Notes: a model not told the origin generated them from the sequence alone. Numbered from the stretch's first letter, positions 37,189-50,659 are shown. The stretch is 64,000 nt of DNA from Podarcis filfolensis (GCA_964270895.1 OZ185441.1), one strand, 5' to 3'. Made by a program: numbers and translations.

Positions 37189-37228
37189 TGCAGTTCTTCA
37201 GTTGGAACTCACAGTGCCGCTGTTGGCC
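37189..37228 (+). promoter_or_regulatory. Pcdh CSE / CTCF site (canonical CGCT)
   Basis: TGCAG at 37189; CAGTGC-CGCT-GTTGGCC with CGCT at 37218 (29 bp). Confidence 0.85.
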
Positions 37229-37447
37229 AATTTGGGAATCAAAGAGCTATTAGGGATCCACTGTCAGATTGCTACTTACCAGCTGCAGAAAGAACAGACT
37301 ACAAAGACCTGCCTGCTGTTACTGAGATGAGGAAACAAATGTGATACAAGCAAACTGAGAGGGAAGTCAAGGGAATCAACTTATCCTTCTGAATACCTGT
37401 ATTTTGGACAAAAAAATATATTAGCTCACCTGCTCATTAGCAGGAGA

Positions 37448-39880
37448 ATGAAGATGAAGATGGAAGTTATTCCTAGAGAAAGTTTCAGGGCATTCAGAAG
37501 CCAGATTTTGCTTCTACTATTATTGTTTTTCCTCTGCTGGGAGATCTCAGGGTCAATTCACTATTCCATCCCTGAGGAGATGGCAAAGGGGTCCTTTGTG
37601 GGAAATCTTGCCAAGGATCTGGGACTGAATGCCAGAGAACTGAGGAATAGAAACCTGCATATCATTTCTGAAGGTAAAAAACCATATTTCAGTATCAATG
37701 CAGAAAATGGAAATGTGAATGTGAATGAGAGGATAGATCGTGAGGGAATGTGCAGAGAGAGCACACAGTGCTTCATTAATCTTGAAGCCTTAGTTGAAAA
37801 TCCATTAAATGTTTTCCATGTAAGTGTAGCAATTCAGGACATTAATGACAATGTACCGCATTTCCTGGATGACAGTATAAGGCTTGAAATAATTGAATCC
37901 ACATTGCCAGGTGCCAGATTTCCCCTTGGGAAAGCTGAAGATCCTGATATTGGGAAGAATTCTCTTCAAGACTACCAGTTAAGCCCAAATCAATTTTTCA
38001 CGTTGGAGGTTCAAGATAGTCTGGATGGACATAAATATGCAGAATTGGTGCTGCAGAAACCTTTGGATCGGGAAAGTGAGCACTCACTTCAGTTGATCCT
38101 TACGGCCCTGGATGGGGGTGAACCCAGAAAAACTGGGACTGCGCAGATATGGATTAACGTCACAGATGCCAATGACAACCCACCGGTCTTCTCTCAAGAG
38201 GTCTATGAGATCAGTGTGAGGGAAAATTCCCCTGCTGGGTCTCCCATACTTCAGGTTGCAGCCTCTGATAGGGATGAAGGTTCAAATAGTCAGATCAGTT
38301 ATAGTTTCAGTAAAGTACCAGAAAAAGTCTACAAGAAATTTAGGATAGATGCACAAAATGGAGTAATTATTAATACAGGGAATCTTGATTTTGAGGAAAC
38401 AGAAAAGTACACTGTGGCAATAAAAGCAAGAGATGGAGGAGGGTTAGTAGCTCACTGTAAGATAGAAATAAAGGTTCTGGATGAGAATGACAATGCCCCA
38501 GAGGTCATTCTTGCCTCCTTATCTAGTCCAATTCCTGAAGATTCTGTTCCTGGGACAGTAATTGCTGTTATCAATGTAAAGGATAAAGATTCTGAAGAAA
38601 ATGGAAAAATTACATGCCATCTACAAGGTAATGTACCATTTAAAATCTTATCCTCATCTAACAATTATTACAAAATTCTCACAGATAGTCCATTGGACAA
38701 AGAAAAAGCCTCAGGATACAACATCACCATCACGGCCACCGACAAAGGTAGCCCCCCTCTCTCCTCCAACAAAACCATCTCCCTGCAGATTTCAGATATC
38801 AATGACAACCCCCCTGCCTTTGAAAAATCAACCTACAGTGTCTTTGTGCCTGAAAACAATCCCTCAGGTGCCTCCATTTTTGCCATCAAAGCTTCGGACC
38901 TGGATCTGGACCGCAATTCACGTATCACTTACTCCATCCTCAACAGCAACATGGAGGAGCTGCCTCTCTCCTCTTATGTCTCCATCAACTCTGAGACGGG
39001 AACTATCTATGCACAGCGCTCCTTTGACTATGAGCAATTCCGGGAGTTTAAGATCCAAGTGAAGGCCCAAGATGGCGGCTCTCCCTCTCTCAGCAACAAC
39101 GCCACTGTGTGGGTGTACATTTTGGATCAGAACGATAACAGCCCTCGCGTTCTGTATCCTGTCCCGGGTGTTGAGGGCTCTGCCTTGTTTGAGATGGTTC
39201 CTCATTCAGCAGAGCCAGGCTACCTAGTGACCAAAGTGGTGGCTGTGGACGCGGACTCTGGGCACAATGCCTGGCTCTCCTACCAAGTGCTGCAGGCCAC
39301 GGAGCCGGCCCTCTTCACCATTGGGACCCACACAGGAGAGATCAGGACGTCACGAGCCCTTCTGGAGAAAGATGCTGTGAAACAGAAGCTGGTCATCTTG
39401 GTGAAGGACAATGGGAAGGCTCCGCTCTCAGCTACTGTGGTCCTCAACCTCGTGGTTGCCGAGAACTTCCAAGAGGCACTTCCAGAAATGACTAGGCAAT
39501 CCAGTGACACAGAGCATCATTCAGACCTCCAGTTTTACTTGGTGCTGGCTTTGGCATTGATCTCATTTTTATTCCTCCTGACGGTGATACTGGTCATTGT
39601 CATGAAACTTCGACAATCAGGAAATCCCAAATTATTCCAATGCTTTGAACCTAATGCTTTTTCTAAGGCGCAGGTCATATTTCCACCAAACTATGAAGAA
39701 GGAACTTTACCTTATTCCTACCAACTCTGCCTATCGTCAGAGATGAGGAAAGAGCAGATCTCTTTCCCAAAACCCCATATCCAGGTGGCAGAAAACTTGC
39801 TATGCAATGATAGCTCTCAGGTGGTTCTTGTGGATGGCAACTGTGGGGATGCCAGTGCCAAAGAGGAGGTTGGTGAGCAG
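37448..39880 (+). CDS. Protocadherin gamma-B-like variable exon (B2-type, copy 3)
   Basis: Its 3' half is near-identical to the 9320 and 20269 exons, but it has a distinct signal peptide. Donor CAG|GTAAGC at 39881 after 811 codons, phase 0. Confidence 0.93.
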
Positions 39881-42409
39881 GTAAGCTTTGCTTTCAGAAC
39901 TGTGATGTTGGCACTACATCTTTCTTCCTCATAGGTATTATTAGCTACTGTTTTTAGATCATTATGTGCTCAAGTGTCTGATGCTTTATATGGGAAGAAC
40001 CAGTACTTAGACCTGCCTGAATGGCATGCCACTGAGGCATTCTGAACATCCAACTGGTGCTTGGATTCTTGGCACTCTTACAAGCGAGTCCTTTCCTAAA
40101 CTAAGCTGAGCATCTTCTTTTTCTGCTTTTGTTGTGATCTGGCTATATCAGTGTAGCTATAGATTGAATAATTTCCCTTGGTTTTTACCAATCTGTTGAG
40201 TAGATTAATTCTATCCATATGGTTTTCTATCCCCAAAAATTAATAGCATCTAATAGTATAGCATTCTCCCACACATATGCCATCCTAGCAGAAGCTTGAC
40301 AACAAACATGGATAATATAACATGGATAATATAACTACATGTTGTGAACTAGTAATACACAAATATAGAAATCAGCATTTTGTGACATTCCCTTATCATG
40401 GACATTTTGTTTGGTTGCATGTATTGCTGGTTCACACACATTTCTACACGTGGCTGTGATTGAGAATAGTCTGGGCTGTTCATGTGTCAACAACAGATAT
40501 TGTGTGGATCATATGTGTGCTGGGGTCACAGCACCTGGAAAAGTACTTACAGACTATGAAATATGCTCTTTAGCAAGAGAGCCATCCATGTTCACATTTC
40601 CTGTGGCATGTTTTACAATCAGAATATGGAATAAAACCTTGATAAAAGAAAAGGTAACTTCATTTCAACCCAATATGTTCGAGGAATTCCAGTGAGCTTT
40701 TATGGGAATGGAGTAGAAATCTAGTGAGCCTGGGATTCTTTTCATGTTGCATTTTGTACTTCACCTGAGGAGACCACCTCAATCCTCTTTCCTTATCTTC
40801 CTCAGGGTTTGACCTTTGAGCTCCAAATGAAAGGAAACCTATCTTAAAATAAACATAGGTTTTTTAAAAAAATCTGCCATTCATCCAAGGTGAATTTGCA
40901 GAATGATATTGATATAGATACAAATGATATAGATGATTAGATATAGATATAGATATGTAATGCATTCACTTTTTCTGACATTTGCACAGGACAATGTCCA
41001 AACTGATAATGCTCAAGTCAAATAATGGCCTTTCTTGCATAGTGAATATAAAGCAGGGTAGCCAGCCTTTTTTGTCCAGTAAGCACATTTGGAATTTGGA
41101 GAGAGTGTTGTGGGCACCAGCCAGAAATGGCTGCTATAGGGGCATGTCTTGACACAAAGTGGCTGCCATGGAGATGTGATCTAACACAAAAGAGATGCCT
41201 AGGGTGTGGCATAGTGGCTTCAGTGCAGGGGAGGCTGAATCCATGCAAAAGGAACTGAGTACAAAGAGGTTTTTTATTATACCTGAAAAGAATCGTAACA
41301 CAAGTAAGGAGCATGGGGTCCTGTTTGCCAGCCCTGCAGTCAGCTGACTCCATCCACTGCACTGACCTCTTAGAAGCCTCCTCACAACTGAGAACCCTGA
41401 TAATGCAGCAACCTTACAATACTGCAATTCCTTGTTCAGTCATAACACCCAAGCCAGGTTAAAACCTAAGCACATACAGCTGTAAACGTGTAGATTCTTC
41501 TTCCCAAGGCTCCACTGAATATGCAGATGTTGGACAGGGCCAGAGACAGCCCAAACATTGGGGAATGTGCATGAATTCTTCACATGAAGGAATAATCAGT
41601 GAACAACCATAGAAAGAGGCAATGAGGTGGGCATCTCTTGCTGAAATGACTCATTTTCCTTTATCTAGACCACTGAGCTCACTGTGAATCATTTACTTTA
41701 GCATTGTTTCTGTTTAGGTTTGTTTCCTAGAAGTAACTTTGATTTTCATTGGCTGCTCTCATGATCATATGTACTTGGAAGTATGCATCACTAAAATCTA
41801 TTGGACTTCCTGACATGTAATTATGCTTAGCAGAATGAAGTAACGAAGTACTACCATTCTAAGAGGAGCTCATAACAATCTGAGAAGCGTGTTTGTTATA
41901 TTCACTTTCATTAAATAAGGTAGCAATTTTACTTGATTAGCTTTGCTTTTTAAAAAGTTACTATTTTTTTTTAGCTGTCAGGAGATAGGGAAGTGATCTC
42001 TTCTTGCTAATTAATAGTATATTGATGTTGGCCACAAACCTCCACATAGAAATAGGAGTCTCTGAAGAAGGTAGTATCAGGAGACATTTTTCAATGCTGT
42101 ACTTGTGTAAAATCTATTTAAAATAATCTGTTCCTATTTTAGAACTCTTTGTGTACTACCCCAACCAATATTTTGGAACCCAACTTTACCTGTGCCCTAT
42201 TATACTTCCCACCAACATCAGACCCGTGAAAGTTTATTGCGGTGACTTAGCAATAAAAGACAGGCAGTCTACACATACTCAAAAGTGCTTTCCTCGTATT
42301 CTGGGGCTCTTTAAAATGGTGTTGTGGCCAAATCATGGTCAGCTCTAACAGTAATTAAAGGGAGAACTGTGGCCTCAGTAGTAGAGTGCATGCTTCTTCT
42401 GCACAAATG

Positions 42410-43913
42410 AGATGAGACTGGATATAAGAGATCTTTCAGAGAGAGGTGTACATTGTTTTCACAATATAGGTCTCAGTATTTTACTCTGAAGCTGGTCATT
42501 TACACACCACAGACCAAATACATGGAGAGGAATTTGTGGCCATGAAGTGTGTCATGAATTTTGTGGTTATATGTGGAGGAGTCAATGAAAATTTATGGAG
42601 TGGAAATTGAAATGATAGGTATTAATGACAATGTTCCCAGGTTCCCATCAGAAGAACCAGAAACAAAAGTTGGTGAGATAAAGCAAGAGAATTCCAATTT
42701 GCCATCTATAAGGCACAAGATACTGATTTGGAAACCAATTCTCTCTAGAGCTACAAAATCAGCTAAAGGAATAATTTTATCCTGGACATGAAAATAGCAG
42801 CTGGAGGTGCCAGATATGTTGAACCTGTGGTAGAAAGAATTCTTAACCACAAAGAGGAAGCTGATCACCATCTGCTCCTCACAGTATATTAAGGAGGAGA
42901 GTCAGAAAGGTCTGGTACTTCAAAAACCTGAGTCACATTTCTTGATGCAATGACAGTGCCTTGGGCTTTAAACAAGCCTCCATTATACAGTGAGTCCAGG
43001 CTCAATATGGAGATTGCCAAGATTTGTTTTCCTTGTTACCTGTGTATGGCTATGCTCTTTAATTAGCCATATCCTCACATATTGTACTGCCAAAAAACCC
43101 CCCAAAGAAATCTCTCTCAAGATGACAACAGAAGCCCTTCTAAACATGCAAAATCAGGATTAAAGAATCCATAGAGAAATCCTGTGTTCAGTTCTGACAG
43201 TCTCCCTTTCAAACTGAAGAAATCGATCAGCAATCATTACAGTTTGGTGCCAGGTGGCGGCTGTTTCTGTGCGTCAGGCAGACTGAAGAGGAGATGGGAG
43301 CTGTTGCTTCAGCAGTGAAGGAACTTAGACTGGGAACTTATACAGGAGCTAGAGGATCCACCCCTTCCGGGATCTCAGTCAGGACTTGTTTCCATTTGAT
43401 TCCTTCTCATGAGTAGCCTCTGCAGCAGCTAGCCAGGCACTGTGGCAACTCTTATGTTCCTGCCTGGTTCACCTTCTTCTCTGAGCCTGTGGCCCCCAAA
43501 GAGATGAGGAAGATTCTGAGAGCCAGCCAGGATCTCAGCTATCCAGTCTTGGGGCAGGGTTGTGAGGTCCATGAAGAACAACTTATCCAGACTGAGAATA
43601 ACTTATTAAAAATGAGATCAGTAATTTGTCTATATAACTCTATTAATTCTGTCTGGGGTTATTTATGCCTGATGTTCCTTCATTTATGAAAAGTTCCAGG
43701 AGATTAAGTTCCATGGAAGGATGGAGGCTCTCCACCACTCAGCTCCAAGGTCTCAGTGACTCTCTTCATCCTGGACCAAAATGACAGTGCTCCCCAAATC
43801 CTGTACCCCTCCTCTCCCACTGACGGCTCCACGGGGATAGAGCTGGCCCCTCGCTCCTCTGAGCCAGGCTACCTACCTGGTCACTAAGGTGGTGGCCATG
43901 GATGTGGACTCAG
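42410..43913 (+). pseudogene. Degraded gamma-A-like variable exon
   Basis: An EC1-EC2 relic at about 42410-42995 aligns to 24800-25400 with stops and frameshifts. An EC4 relic lies at about 43170-43250 (reads LCSV..SPFKLKKSISNHYSLV). An EC5-EC6 relic at about 43685-43913 closely matches 26230-26450 and carries a 4-bp CTAC duplication frameshift. Confidence 0.85.
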
Positions 43914-45046
43914 ACATATACTTCCTGTATACTGATTTTAGGAACATATTTCAAACTCTGTGATTTTGTCATCATGACTACAATTATCGTTTGCAACTTG
44001 TCTGTTTATATAACATTCTTGCCTATCATCAGTCTCTGTAGACTGAATAGGATATAAGACTAAAAAACAAAATTGTTGCAATTATTGCAGAAGTATCGCA
44101 TGCAGTATCCTAGACAGAGATGGGCAGGTGGTGGGTCAGGATCCACCGATAGATCTTTGAGTGATTTTCAGCAGAATGGCAAGGGTTTCTGGCTCCCAGC
44201 TTAACAATAACAAAAAAACTTTTTTCACCTAAATTAGGCTGCTGAAATGAGGAAAACTAACCAGGAGTGAACTTTTGTGTAGAATGATTGTGGAACAGTT
44301 CTGTTCTGGTACTGAAAACATATTCCTTGGCTCAGAATGTGCTCAGAAGAAGCCTGTTCTTTAATTCTATGGGTGGTACTCAATGCTAGTCCTACTCAGA
44401 CCTGTTGCAGTTGATGGACATGACTAACTTAGGTTCACTTATGTCACTGAGTCTACCTCAGAGCAGGACTTAGTTGACTACAACCCTATGTCTTTTGCAC
44501 CTGGTTCTGACTGATAGATTAACTTGATGTCTGCCCATTCCTGTCCTATGAAATGAAGTATTGTGGATTCAGAAATTCTAGGGGGTGGGGAGCAAGGGCC
44601 CAGCACTTGTAGTTGTTCCCCACATAACAGCTCTTCATAATGACTCCCACCCCTTTTCTGCCTCAGTTTCTTCCTCTAATCATAAAAAGAGGTTGGCAGT
44701 TTGGCACAAAAGCTGGTACTATGGGCATTGCCTTTAGACCTTCTGAACAATATAAGGTTTTGCTGGGTATATAAGGTATTGTGAAGGTATAAGGTATTGT
44801 GAAGGAAACCTTCTCAATTAAGTGCCAAGTGCTGTATCTCTGCCTCAGGATACTTAAGGTAATAACTTCAGAGTTTTTCCTGTATTCATCATATGTGTGC
44901 TCACTCTTGCACATACCGCCTTAGAGAGAATTGTGAAATGCACACACAACCAAATAATTTCATAAACCTGTGCACATCTCGTGAGAAATGTTGCTACCCT
45001 GTCAGCCACTGAACTCTTATCAGAATGTTGTGCCAGTAGGTGCTCC

Positions 45047-45086
45047 TGCAGTTTTCCAGCAGAGACTCAGAGTGCCGCTGTTGGCC
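45047..45086 (+). promoter_or_regulatory. Pcdh CSE / CTCF site (canonical CGCT)
   Basis: TGCAG at 45047; GAGTGC-CGCT-GTTGGCC with CGCT at 45076 (29 bp). Confidence 0.85.
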
Positions 45087-45317
45087 AATACGGGATAAGG
45101 ATAGAAATCAGGGGTCCATTCACTTTTCCTGTGATGTAACAATTACTGAGTTAAGTTCTGCAAATCTGAAGGAGCTGGAATTGAGGGACAACAATATAGC
45201 ATCCTACCAAAAATGGATCCCTCCCCGTTGAGACTGCATCACGGAACGATGCCTGCTCCTGACAACAACTTCTTGCAGCATGAAAGAAACTTGAAGACAC
45301 GAATCAGAAAAGAAAAG

Positions 45318-47759
45318 ATGCAAACAAAGCAGCCGAGGAAATGGCTGAAGATCACAGGGAGCAGGGAGCCACTCCGGCGGCAAGTACAGCTTTCCTTGTT
45401 ATTCTCTTTGTTCTGCCTGACAATGTCGGAAGAGGTCTGGTATTCAATTCCTGAGGAAAGGGAGAAGGGTTCTCTTGTGGGAAATCTGGCCAAGGATTTG
45501 GGTCTGAGTAAGAGAGACCTGGTGAAGAGGAAGCTCCGTATTGTTTCTGCAGCTAATGCTCAGTTCTTTACTGTGAATGAGGAACATGGAGACTTCTATG
45601 TAAGAGACCAAATAGATCGAGAAGCAATCTGTGGGAAATCACCACGTTGTGTCCTTAACTTTGAAACTGTGGTTGAAAACCCTCTAAATGTTTTTCATAT
45701 AAGCATCACCATAGAGGATATTAATGATAATGCACCACAATTTTTAAAAGATGATATCAAGCTAGAAATAAGCGAATCTAGCTTGACTGGAGCCATATTC
45801 CCCCTTGAAAGTGCTGAAGATCCTGATGTTGGGATAAATTCTCTGCAAAATTACCAGCTGAGCAGTAATCAGTACTTCACCTTGGAAGTTAAAGAAAGTC
45901 CAGATGGAAATAAATACCCTATTTTAGTGCAAAGCAAACCTCTGGATCGGGAAAGTGAGCACAAACTCCACTTGATCCTTACAGGCCTGGATGGTGGAGA
46001 ACCAAGAAAAACTGGAACAGCCCAGATATGGATTAATGTCACTGATGCCAATGACAACCCACCTGTTTTCTATGAGGAAGTCTATAAACTCAGCCTAAAA
46101 GAGAGTGCACCAAAAGGATCATTAGTGATCCAGGTGAAAGCTTCTGATGCTGATGAAGGTCCAAATGCACAGATAAGATACAGTTTTAGCAATATCCCAG
46201 CTAAAGCAAGACAGAAATTCAGCCTGGATCCTGAAAGTGGAGCAATTTTACTTAGGGAGACTTTAGACTTTGAAGAATCCAGAAGCTATATGATGTTAGT
46301 GGAAGCCAAAGATGGTGGTGGACTACTGGCACATTGTAAAGTCGAGATTGATGTTCTGGATGAGAATGACAATGCTCCAGAGATTTTGCTAACATCTATG
46401 TTTAGTCCAGTTCCTGAAGACTCTCTACCAGGAACTGTGATAGCTTTGATCAATGTGGATGATAGAGATGAAGGAGAAAATGGGAAGGTTACTTGCCACA
46501 TACAATATAATTTGCCTTTTAAAATTATTTCTTCATCTAACAGTTACTACAAGCTACTTACAGAGAGCCCCCTAGACAGAGAAAAAGCCTCAGGATACAA
46601 CATCACAATCACGGCCACCGACAAAGGTAGCCCCCCTCTCTCCTCCAACAAAACCATCTTCCTGCAGATTTCAGACATCAATGACAACCCCCCTGCCTTT
46701 GAAAAATCAACCTACAGTGTCTTTGTGCCAGAAAACAATCCCTCAGGTGCCTCCATTTTTGCCCTCAAAGCCTCGGACCCGGATCTGGACCGCAACTCAC
46801 GTATCACTTACTCCATCCTCAACAGCAACATGGAGGAGCTGCCTCTCTCCTCTTACGTCTCCATCAACTCTGAGACGGGAACTATCTATGCACAGCGCTC
46901 TTTTGACTATGAGCAATTCAGGGAGTTTCAGATCCAAGTGAAGGCCCAAGATGGCGGCTCTCCCTCTCTCAGCAACAACACCACCGTGTGGGTGTACATT
47001 TTGGATCAGAACGATAACAGCCCTCGCGTTCTGTATCCTGTCCCGGGTGCTGAGGGCTCTGCCTTGTTTGAGATGGTTCCTCACTCGGCAGAGCCAGGCT
47101 ACCTAGTGACCAAAGTGGTGGCTGTGGACGCGGACTCTGGGCACAATGCCTGGCTCTCCTACCAAGTGCTGCAGGCCACAGAGCCGGCCCTCTTCACCAT
47201 TGGGACCCACACGGGAGAGATCAGGACGTCACGAGCCCTTCTGGAGAAAGATGCTGTGAAACAGAAGCTGGTCATCTTGGTGAAGGACAATGGGAAGGCT
47301 CCACGCTCAGCTACTGTGGTCCTCAACCTCGTGGTTGCTGAGAACTTCCAAGAGGCACTTCCAGAAATGAGCAAACCAGCCATTGACTCTAAGTATCCGT
47401 CTGATATGAATGCCATTTTAGTTATAGCCTTGGCTTTGGTCTCATTCTTATTCCTTTTTACAGTCTTAACAGTTTTAATACTTAAATGTCGGAGACGGAG
47501 AAGCCCAACAGTGCTTGGATCCTACAATACTGACTTGTACTCTAGCTTGGGACACAAATTTTCCTGCAATTACAATAATGGGACATTGACATTGCCCTAT
47601 TCATATGAAGTGTGCTTAGCGTCTAAGGCAGACCGGAATGAGTTTGCCTTTCTGAAACCAAACCCCTCAGTGGCCACAGATGATCCCATTCTGAAGGACG
47701 ATTCTGGAATTGGGAATGAATCTCTGGGTGAAAATCTCATCCCTGATAACAGTGTACAG
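45318..47759 (+). CDS. Protocadherin gamma-B-like variable exon (divergent, chimeric)
   Basis: Six cadherin repeats, divergent [17 protein letters not shown], tail [17 protein letters not shown]. Donor CAG|GTGAGA at 47760, phase 0. Start placed at 45318 from CSE spacing; in-frame ATGs also occur at 45213 and 45249. Confidence 0.88.
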
Positions 47760-48369
47760 GTGAGAATCACAGATACATTTTAAGACTCCAAGGCTGTAAT
47801 ATTTCCGTTTTCTAACCTGTTTGTTCAGAGTGAAGAAAAGCAGCTTGGTGGCACTCAGATTTCACCTACATTTCGAAAACTGCTTAGTTAAGATGCTTCT
47901 TTTTTAGGGGGGAGGAACCCTGATGAATAATATAAGCAAAAGGTGGTATCTTGGCATAGAATATACAGTAGTCTTCTGCACCTATAAGGTATGGATGTTT
48001 CCATAAAGTGAGATATTTTCATGGAACTGGGTAAGCTTGAACTTTCCTTTAGATTTGAGGGCAATGGACCCAAGAAGACATTTAACAATATCAGAATTGT
48101 CCCTTTATTCTTCAAAGGTAACAGGATAATCATTCTATTGCAAGAATGTAATTTCTTCTTTGGTACAAATTTCTTGGGTTGTGTCTGCCCTCTACTGATC
48201 ATACGTTATACTGCAGTTCTGGGTTTAGCATAGTGTTCCTAGACTTTATTACAAGTGCAAACAACTTGATAATATTTAGCTACAAATCAATTTTACTTTG
48301 TGTTGATTTTAAATACCTTGTCTTATTTGTTGCAGGGTGTGTGTGTGAAAAGAATACTGTCACAATCTT

Positions 48370-48525
48370 CTCTTCTTCAGGCTAAATATACCCAGTCATA
48401 GGGATTGTCTTTTATATGGACCATATCTACGCTGCCCTCCTCTGAACCTGTTCCAGTTTATCTAAATTCTTCTAAATATGTGATGTCCAGGACTGGGCAT
48501 AGTTCTTCAGATGCAATATGAGTAG
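48370..48525 (-). mobile_element. CR1 LINE internal fragment, degraded
   Basis: CTTCTCTTCTTCAGGCTAAA..CCCAGTCATAGGG..GCCCTCCTCTGAACCTGTTCCAGTTT..TCCAGGACTGGGCATAG resembles the reverse complement of the CR1 ORF2 3' part. Confidence 0.55.
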
Positions 48526-48549
48526 TACATGAGTTTTGTTTGTTTTCCT

Positions 48550-48790
48550 TTTGGCTATATTTCCAAATCTGAAAGGTTGTGCTCGTTTAAGCAGGTGGCA
48601 ACAGGTTTTTCAAGGCTTGTGTGTGTGCGACTACTCATTTGTGATTTTTTGAAATTGTAACAAAGGTCTGCCCTCATTTTTCCAACATGGTGTATATGGC
48701 ACGCTGGGTACTTACATTCTGTAACACAGGTGAAACTGTATAACACGGAATTTAAAGTGTTATGATCAGTGATAGAGTTTTGCAAGAATA
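48550..48790 (-). mobile_element. Penelope-like GIY-YIG endonuclease relic
   Basis: The minus frame reads FTC..C..CHIHHVG..SLEKPVATCLNEHNLSDLEI, resembling the C-x-x-C..Y-x-G..KPVA.HFN..H...DL pattern of Penelope GIY-YIG domains. Confidence 0.45.
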
Positions 48791-50659
48791 CTGGCTATCA
48801 AGGGTGATGGAGGGAAGATGCTGGATCAAAGCATGCTATAAATGGGATATGATATTGCATGTTACTATCTTCCACACCCAGAAAGTGTGTCCTCCACAAA
48901 GATGGGACAAATACTTAGAAGCAGCACCTATCTCCATTTTTTTTAGTATGTGTGCATCCAGCATCCATCTATCACCTTGTGATCAAAAAGATCTTACATA
49001 CTTATCAATGTCTACTACTCCCTTCTGCACATTGCATCTGTTTAAAAATAGTAATATTGAAATGTGATTCTGCCTTTTTAAAATTGGATTATAGGAATTG
49101 TAAAGAGGCATAAGACGCATTTGAATGGATTGACTCTGCTAAAGATAATATTTGTCATCTGTTAGGACTAAGTCATCTGTAAGCTAGGGAAATTGACTGA
49201 GAAAGGAGAGGCAGTGATAAAATATTTTTAATATTTTGTTGGAAGCCACCCAGAGTGGCTGGGAAAACCCAGCCAGATGGGTGGGGTATAAATAATAAAT
49301 TATCATTATCATTATCAAATAAGGTTTCAAGCAGGAGACAGGACCTAATAACATCAGCCATGCCAACAGAGTTCATTCACCTGCCCATAAAACACCATTG
49401 CCAACAATGCCTTTGTCTGAATAGGCCTGGATCACCCATGAGACAAGGAGAGGCAACAGCCTCAGGTGGCAGGATCTACAGGGGCAGCAGATCCCAAAAT
49501 AGATCTTTATTCCTCCCTTTTTCCTGGTGTAGATATTCACTCACCCCTTTTTCCCTGGCAGGGAGGGGGTTCCATTTTGTGGTTTGCCTCAGGTGCCAAA
49601 AAGTATTAGGCTGGCCCATAAACAGGCCATTTGTACTAAAGAACACAAATCTGATATAAAAAATGGCAACATACAGTGGAAGAGCAGGATCCCCTGCTGG
49701 TGACCCCAAATTAACAATACTCTGGCAAAAAGACTTAAACAGGCAGTTCCAGCTTGGAGTTGCTGTACTAGAATTTCTCAGCAAGTTTCATACTGTTCTG
49801 TTCTGGCTCAGCTGAATCAATTGATTTGCTTCATAGTATGAAAACAACAGAGAATTCTTTGGCAGCTAACATATGTATTGTGGAATAAGCTTTCATGGTG
49901 GACTCTAGCCCACAAAAACTTTCGCCATAATAAATTTGCTAGGCTTAAAAAGACTCTGTTGTTTTCAGGCAACAAATTTCAGTCTTTGAGGTGCCACAAG
50001 ACATTTTGTTCTTTTTATGGGCTTCTCTTGAATCATCAAATCACATGTGTAATTTTGTATCAGGACCAACTTTTTGATATAAAGGCTTAAAAATGGCAGG
50101 CGAAAGGAGACATTTGGCAGCCAAGTTTGGGTGTTACTCAGTTGATCTTAAGATAAATGTGAGTCATCCGTTGCTGCAACAGTGGACAAATAGAGGTGGC
50201 AGCTTAACACAGGATGATGCTTTCTGACTGAACATGTTTTAAAAGGCTTCTCAGATTTTGGCAGGAACTGCAGGCAACCAGTTTCTAAAGTTATATCTAC
50301 AATGGTAAATTAGCATTTACTGAATGGCCTGTTGTTGTTAAAATTTGTATACCACCCTTCATCTGAAAGATCACAAGTTGGTTTAATTAAAACCACTCTG
50401 CAAAGAATAATGGAATCTGATACCAAAGGCATGAAAAGCAAACTAGTGGATTCCTGATATATTTGTTATTATCTCTTCTATGTAGCTGAGAATTCACATA
50501 GAAAATGTTCTGCTCTCTAGCTTACTCCAGAATGTCAGCAGTTTTTTGTTTGTTGCAGCAAAACCCACAATGACTGCCTTAAAGGTTTATTGTGGCATAC
50601 AGGTTATGTATTTTATTGCTTCAGTTGAGGCTATGTTCTTATCACTATGAAAAGCATGG

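Noticed and set aside
42290-42335. Degenerate CSE for the pseudogene (ATGGTGTTGTGGCC)
   Set aside because: No TGCAG at the 28-29-bp spacing and a poor core match.
4217-47416. Recurrent short antisense or alternate-frame ORFs inside the Pcdh exons
   Set aside because: They recur only because the host exons are near-identical; they are shadow frames.
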